Source: an uncultured Holophaga sp. (GTDB taxonomy: Bacteria > Acidobacteriota > Holophagae > Holophagales > Holophagaceae). Taken from it: 64,000 nucleotides of DNA. Positions within the stretch are counted from its first letter, which is position 1. The number at the start of each line of letters is the position of its first letter. A program made the position numbers and the translations under genes. The notes under the pieces were generated by a model that was not told where the DNA came from, made no database searches, and saw only the letters and a program-made list of their open reading frames with translations. The stretch is taken from NCBI GenBank assembly GCA_963664825.1, contig OY761614.1:1472001-1536000 (forward strand), read 5' to 3'. Shown piece by piece: positions 59,925 to 64,000 of this stretch.

Positions 59925-61283
59925 ATGAAGACCAGCCTTCTCACATCCCTTGTTCTGCTGTTGGCGTTGCCTGTCGGCGCACAGGAGGCCCCGGACACCG
60001 AAAAGCGCATCGCCGATCTCGAGAAGAAGATCGAGAAGCTCAGCGCCAAGAAGGAAGAGGCCAAGGAAAGTGGCCTCAGCGTCAAGTTCGGAGGCCGCTT
60101 CCATCTAGATTCCACCTATTTCAATGGGAACGACAACCGGCTGACCAACGGCACCTTCATGCGCCGGGCACGCATCAGTTTCAAGGTGGGCATGGGCAGG
60201 GACTGGGTGGGGGAAGGCGATGTCGATTTCGCCGAAGCCGCCGTCAACATCAAGGATATGTGGGTGGGCTACCAGGGATACAAGAACAGCCTCATCCAGG
60301 TGGGCCAGTTTAAGGCGCCCTTCGGCATGGATACGCTGGGCTCCTCCAACTCCACCTGGCTGATGGAGAGGTCCTACAGCGATATGTGGACACCGGACCG
60401 CCACCTGGGCGTGGGCTATTCCATCTGGGGTGAGCGCTGGCAGGCCAAGGCGAACTTCTTCGGCCAGGCCATCAACGATACGGCCGATGCCCAGGAGTCT
60501 GCTGACACCGCGACGCTTGATACGACAGGGAAAACGCCCAAGTTGGCGACCTATAAGATCGTCGAGGACCATGGCTGGGGTGCCGCCGCGCGCATCACCT
60601 TCGCACCCGTGTTGATCTCCGACACCAAGGCCATTCACCTGGGGATCGCCGCCGTCCAGCGCACGCCCAATGCGGGCGCCTTCGGTGATTATTCCGTGGA
60701 TTTTTCCGGACGCCCGGAGCAAAACAAGGTCTGCAAAGAGAAGTTCCTGAACCTCTCGATGAGCAATGTCGACAAGACCATCCAGTACGGCGCCGAGTTT
60801 GCGGGCGTGTGGAAGGCCTTCTCCTGGCAGAGCGAGTACCAGCAGACCAGGATCAATCGCCGGGAAGCCGTCGGAGCCACGGAAGCTCTCCAGGCCGCCA
60901 GCGTCGTCGATCACAAGTTCTCCACCTACTACGGCCAGGTCTCCTGGATCTTCGGTGGCCAGCGCACGTACGAAGTCAGTGACGGTCTCTTCGGCAAGGT
61001 GTCCCCCTCTTCCAAGCTTGGCGCGTTCGAACTGGTCTTCCGCTACAGCAAGATGGACCAGAACGACCTGACCGCGATCGATCCCGTCACCGGAGGCACC
61101 GCCGCGAATATGGCCGTGGGCCTGACCTGGTATACCAACAAGAACCTCCGCTGGATGCTGAACTACACTCAGGTGAACAACGGTGACTATGCCATGGCCA
61201 ACAAGGCCTACAGCCCCACCGGCGTGAAGCTTCCCAACGACGACTTCGGCTTCACCTCCATGCGCGTCCAGGTGAACTTCTAA
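59925..61283 (+). CDS. OprO/OprP-family phosphate/polyphosphate-selective porin
   Basis: AGGAG SD; signal peptide and coiled coil; GGRFHLD, RRAR, IKD.WV.Y, GQFKAPFGM, MERS, FELVFRYS, GLTWY, C-terminal QVNF. Confidence 0.88.
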   Translation: MKTSLLTSLVLLLALPVGAQEAPDTEKRIADLEKKIEKLSAKKEEAKESGLSVKFGGRFHLDSTYFNGNDNRLTNGTFMRRARISFKVGMGRDWVGEGDVDFAEAAVNIKDMWVGYQGYKNSLIQVGQFKAPFGMDTLGSSNSTWLMERSYSDMWTPDRHLGVGYSIWGERWQAKANFFGQAINDTADAQESADTATLDTTGKTPKLATYKIVEDHGWGAAARITFAPVLISDTKAIHLGIAAVQRTPNAGAFGDYSVDFSGRPEQNKVCKEKFLNLSMSNVDKTIQYGAEFAGVWKAFSWQSEYQQTRINRREAVGATEALQAASVVDHKFSTYYGQVSWIFGGQRTYEVSDGLFGKVSPSSKLGAFELVFRYSKMDQNDLTAIDPVTGGTAANMAVGLTWYTNKNLRWMLNYTQVNNGDYAMANKAYSPTGVKLPNDDFGFTSMRVQVNF

Positions 61284-61377
61284 AAGTTGTCTTGTTCCCC
61301 CGGGAATGCAGCTGGTCCCACATCCGCTCTTCCGGTCCTTCATTTCCTGGGGCTTGGTCATGATTTATGAAGCTCCG

Positions 61378-61965
61378 ATGATCATCCCTCGCTGGGAATG
61401 GCGCACCTTTTCTCCTTCCCTGAGGGCATTAAGAGGCCGTCTGAGGGGCGTCGTCTTCGACGCCCCTCAGGAGAGTTGCGAGACCTACCTGCTCTGCCTG
61501 AGGAGCTCCCACAATGCCAAAATCCGTGGGGATCAGCTCCAACTCAAATGGCGGAAGCAGGTGAGTGACGAGGGCCTGGAACTTTGGGATCCCGTCCTCC
61601 AGTCCCCCTTCCCTCTCGAGGTTCCATTTGTCATGCGCCTTCAGGATGTCTGGGGCATCGAGAATCGGTCCCTTGAGGGAGGTCCTTTCGGGAGGGATGT
61701 TTTCCTCTCGGAGATCGTGGCAGGGAGTCCTGATCTTCGGGCCGTGGTGGTTCGGAAACGCCACGAGGGTTTCGAAGTGCAGGGTGCGAAATGCAAGTTC
61801 ACCGAAATCGCGGGAGTTGTGGAGCCCTTCGAGAGCTTCTGCATCGAGCATGAGGATCCCGAGATCGTGATGCAGGTGATCCGGGAACTGGGCCTGGATG
61901 GCCGCGAAAACATCAATTACCCCAAGGGGCTCAAGCGTGCCCTTGGACTTCTTCCGACACCGTAG
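61378..61965 (+). CDS. Hypothetical cytoplasmic protein, possibly CYTH-like
   Basis: IIPRWEWRTF, E.YL, NAKIR, V.KR, C-terminal NINYPKGLK; start could be 61360. Confidence 0.7.
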   Translation: MIIPRWEWRTFSPSLRALRGRLRGVVFDAPQESCETYLLCLRSSHNAKIRGDQLQLKWRKQVSDEGLELWDPVLQSPFPLEVPFVMRLQDVWGIENRSLEGGPFGRDVFLSEIVAGSPDLRAVVVRKRHEGFEVQGAKCKFTEIAGVVEPFESFCIEHEDPEIVMQVIRELGLDGRENINYPKGLKRALGLLPTP

Positions 61966-61980
61966 GACATAGGAGCCGAC

Positions 61981-62454
61981 ATGGGCAAGGAAATCGAACG
62001 CAAGTACCTCGTGAAACTGGATACCTGGAAACCCCAGGGCGAGGGCATCCACTTCAAACAGGGCTACCTGAACTCTCAGAAAGAACGCGTCGTGCGGGTC
62101 CGCATCGAGGGCCCCAAGGCCAAGCTCACCATCAAGGGCCTCACCAAGGGCGTGACTCGCTCCGAGTTCGAGTACACGATCCCCGTAGAGGATGCTGCCC
62201 TGCTGTTGGACAACCTCTGCGAACAGCCCCTCATCGACAAGCATCGCCACAAGGAAGAGCACCACGGCAAGACCTGGGAGATCGATGTCTTCCACGGGCT
62301 CAACGAAGGGTTGGTTGTGGCCGAGATCGAGCTGGGCAGCGAGGACGAGAAGATCGTCCTCCCGGTTTGGGTGGGCGAGGAGGTCTCCAGCGATCCCCGC
62401 TATTTCAATTCCAATCTCCTGAAGAACCCCTTCACAAGTTGGGCCAAGGCATAA
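61981..62454 (+). CDS. CYTH/TTM-family protein (tripolyphosphatase-like)
   Basis: EIERKYLV (ExExK), QGYL, VRVR, LTIKG, RSEFEY, K.R, WEIDVF, AEIEL, DPRYFNSNL; AGGAG SD. Confidence 0.93.
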   Translation: MGKEIERKYLVKLDTWKPQGEGIHFKQGYLNSQKERVVRVRIEGPKAKLTIKGLTKGVTRSEFEYTIPVEDAALLLDNLCEQPLIDKHRHKEEHHGKTWEIDVFHGLNEGLVVAEIELGSEDEKIVLPVWVGEEVSSDPRYFNSNLLKNPFTSWAKA

Positions 62455-62465
62455 TCTTCGCACTA

Positions 62466-62489
62466 CGGGCCGTCCCACCGGACGGCCCG
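62466..62489 (+). other. Intergenic 10-bp hairpin before the transporter gene
   Basis: CGGGCCGTCC-CACC-GGACGGCCCG; weak U-tract, so possibly a partial terminator or mRNA-stability element. Confidence 0.55.
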
Positions 62490-62505
62490 CTTCATTGGGC
62501 ACTCC

Positions 62506-64000
62506 ATGGCAGCCGTCGATACCCCACAACCCAAGGCCCCCACGCTCCGTGAACTTTTGGACATGGAGAAGATGGTCCTGTCTTCTAAGCCTCGCGAAGC
62601 TCAGAACGCTTCCGAGCGATGGATGCGCTACCTCGGTTTTCCTGGAGGGATCGCGCTCTTCCTTCTCGTGTACCACTTGCCCGCGGGAGCGGGTCTGAGC
62701 GCGGCGGCCCAGGCAGGCGCGGCCTGCTTCGCCATGGCCCTGGTGTGGTGGGTGACTGAGCCCTTCCCGACCTATGTCACGTCCCTGGTGCTGATGTTCC
62801 TGCTGCTCATCACCCGCACCTCCAATGCCAAGGCCATCATGGATGTGCTCGGCATGGAGGTGATCTGGCTGAACCTGCTGGCCTTCATCCTCAGCTCGAT
62901 GCTGGTCAAGACGCGACTCGCCAAGCGCATGGCGCTCTGGCTCGTGCTCCGGTTCGGGCATAAGGCCAATTGGGCGCTCCTGGCCTTCGTGATCCTCCAG
63001 CTCGCGCTCGCGCCCCTGATACCGGCGACGGCTGCGCGTTGCGTGATGACCCTGCCCCTCATGATCGTAGTGGCGGCCATCTACGGATCGACCCAGGAGA
63101 CCCCCAACAACTTTGGCAAGAACCTGATGTTGCTCAATCTTGCCTGCATCTCGGTGCTTTCCTCCGTCACCATGACCGGCAGTTCCGCCAATCTCATCGC
63201 CGTAGGGCTCATCCAAACCATGGGGGGCCATCGCGTCTACTACATGGATTGGATGCGGCTAGGGGCGCCCATCGCCATCCTTACAATGGCTTCGATGTGG
63301 ATGATTGGCCAGAAGCTACTCTTCCGGATCAAGCCCGAGGACCAGGTGCCCCATATCGAAGGTGGGCTCGATCTCGTGCGGGAACAATACGCGAAGATGG
63401 GCCCCTTCAGCTTCGGAGAGAAGAAGGCCCTGGCGATCTTCGGGGTCGTGCTCTTCCTCTGGATGACCGACGTGTTCCACATGCGCTGGTTCGGGGTGGA
63501 GATCAGCGCACCTTTCGCAGCCTTGCTGGGGGCTATTCTCGTGCTGTTCCCGCGCTGGGGCGTCCTCCAGTGGTCGGAAGCCGATATCCCCTGGCATCTG
63601 CTCATCTTCAGCGCCGGAGCCTATGCAGGTGGACTGGCGCTGGATGACACGGGCGCCGCGGAATGGGGTGTGCGGATCCTCTTTGGCGGGATGAACCTTC
63701 GGGCCGTGCCCTTCGGGATTGCCTTTACCGTGGTCATCGCTGTGATGATGTACAGCCACCTGCTCACCACCTCGAAGACGGTGCGCACCCTCATCCTGCT
63801 TCCCATCATCATCACGTTGGCCAAGACCCTGGGTTGGAACCCACTGGCCTTCGCCCTTCCCGCAGCTCTCTGCATTGACTGGGTCGTGGGACTTCCCATC
63901 AGCGGAAAACCCAACGTGATCCTGTTTTCCACCAACCAATACTCGGTGATGGACAATTTCAAATTCGGCATGGTGACCTGCACCCTCGGGGTCGTCTTCC
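62506..64000 (+). CDS. SLC13/DASS-family anion permease (3'-truncated by window edge)
   Basis: Translated by hand from ATG 62506: MAAVDTPQPK...ALVWWVTEPFPTYVTSL...RLAKRMAL...MTGSSAN...LWMTD...IPWHLLIFSAG...LPISGKPN; no stop seen before the edge, so absent from the ORF track. Confidence 0.9.
   Translation, partial: MAAVDTPQPKAPTLRELLDMEKMVLSSKPREAQNASERWMRYLGFPGGIALFLLVYHLPAGAGLSAAAQAGAACFAMALVWWVTEPFPTYVTSLVLMFLLLITRTSNAKAIMDVLGMEVIWLNLLAFILSSMLVKTRLAKRMALWLVLRFGHKANWALLAFVILQLALAPLIPATAARCVMTLPLMIVVAAIYGSTQETPNNFGKNLMLLNLACISVLSSVTMTGSSANLIAVGLIQTMGGHRVYYMDWMRLGAPIAILTMASMWMIGQKLLFRIKPEDQVPHIEGGLDLVREQYAKMGPFSFGEKKALAIFGVVLFLWMTDVFHMRWFGVEISAPFAALLGAILVLFPRWGVLQWSEADIPWHLLIFSAGAYAGGLALDDTGAAEWGVRILFGGMNLRAVPFGIAFTVVIAVMMYSHLLTTSKTVRTLILLPIIITLAKTLGWNPLAFALPAALCIDWVVGLPISGKPNVILFSTNQYSVMDNFKFGMVTCTLGVVF

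Overview
High-GC bacterial chromosome segment spanning the replication origin. Gene content and order suggest Acidobacteriota/Holophagaceae, but this is inference only. The core is dnaA-dnaN-gyrB-gyrA on the minus strand, divergent from rpmH-rnpA-yidC-jag-mnmE-gatB, with a DnaA-box cluster between dnaA and dnaN and three parS-type palindromes. Housekeeping genes follow: glyA end, glmS-like, deoxyhypusine synthase-like, ribD, ftsY, lon, nrdR, gcvPA/PB, ridA, SWIM+SNF2, rpiB, rph, a patatin/beta-barrel protein, ribB with an FMN riboswitch, a UbiD-family decarboxylase and lolC/E-exonuclease-lolD. There are two accessory regions. (1) A small islet at ~0.6-2.4 kb holds an IS256 remnant, a secreted Cys-rich mini-protein and a partner gene. 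(2) The most interesting locus, 52-64 kb, starts with a soluble PAS histidine kinase and an NtrC-type sigma-54 activator. Two sigma-54 promoters follow with identical enhancer geometry: two GCGG-N4-CCGC palindromes 21 bp apart, with the second 90 bp before the -24 GG. They head one unit of five signal-peptide-bearing proteins (CYTH-like, unknown with a Lys-rich tail, family I pyrophosphatase, His-phosphatase, S1/P1 nuclease-like) and one uptake unit (OprO/P-type porin, two CYTH-type proteins, SLC13/DASS permease). This looks like a sigma-54-controlled system for using polyphosphate or other condensed phosphates. No tRNA, rRNA or CRISPR array was seen. All calls come from reading the sequence; no database search was run.
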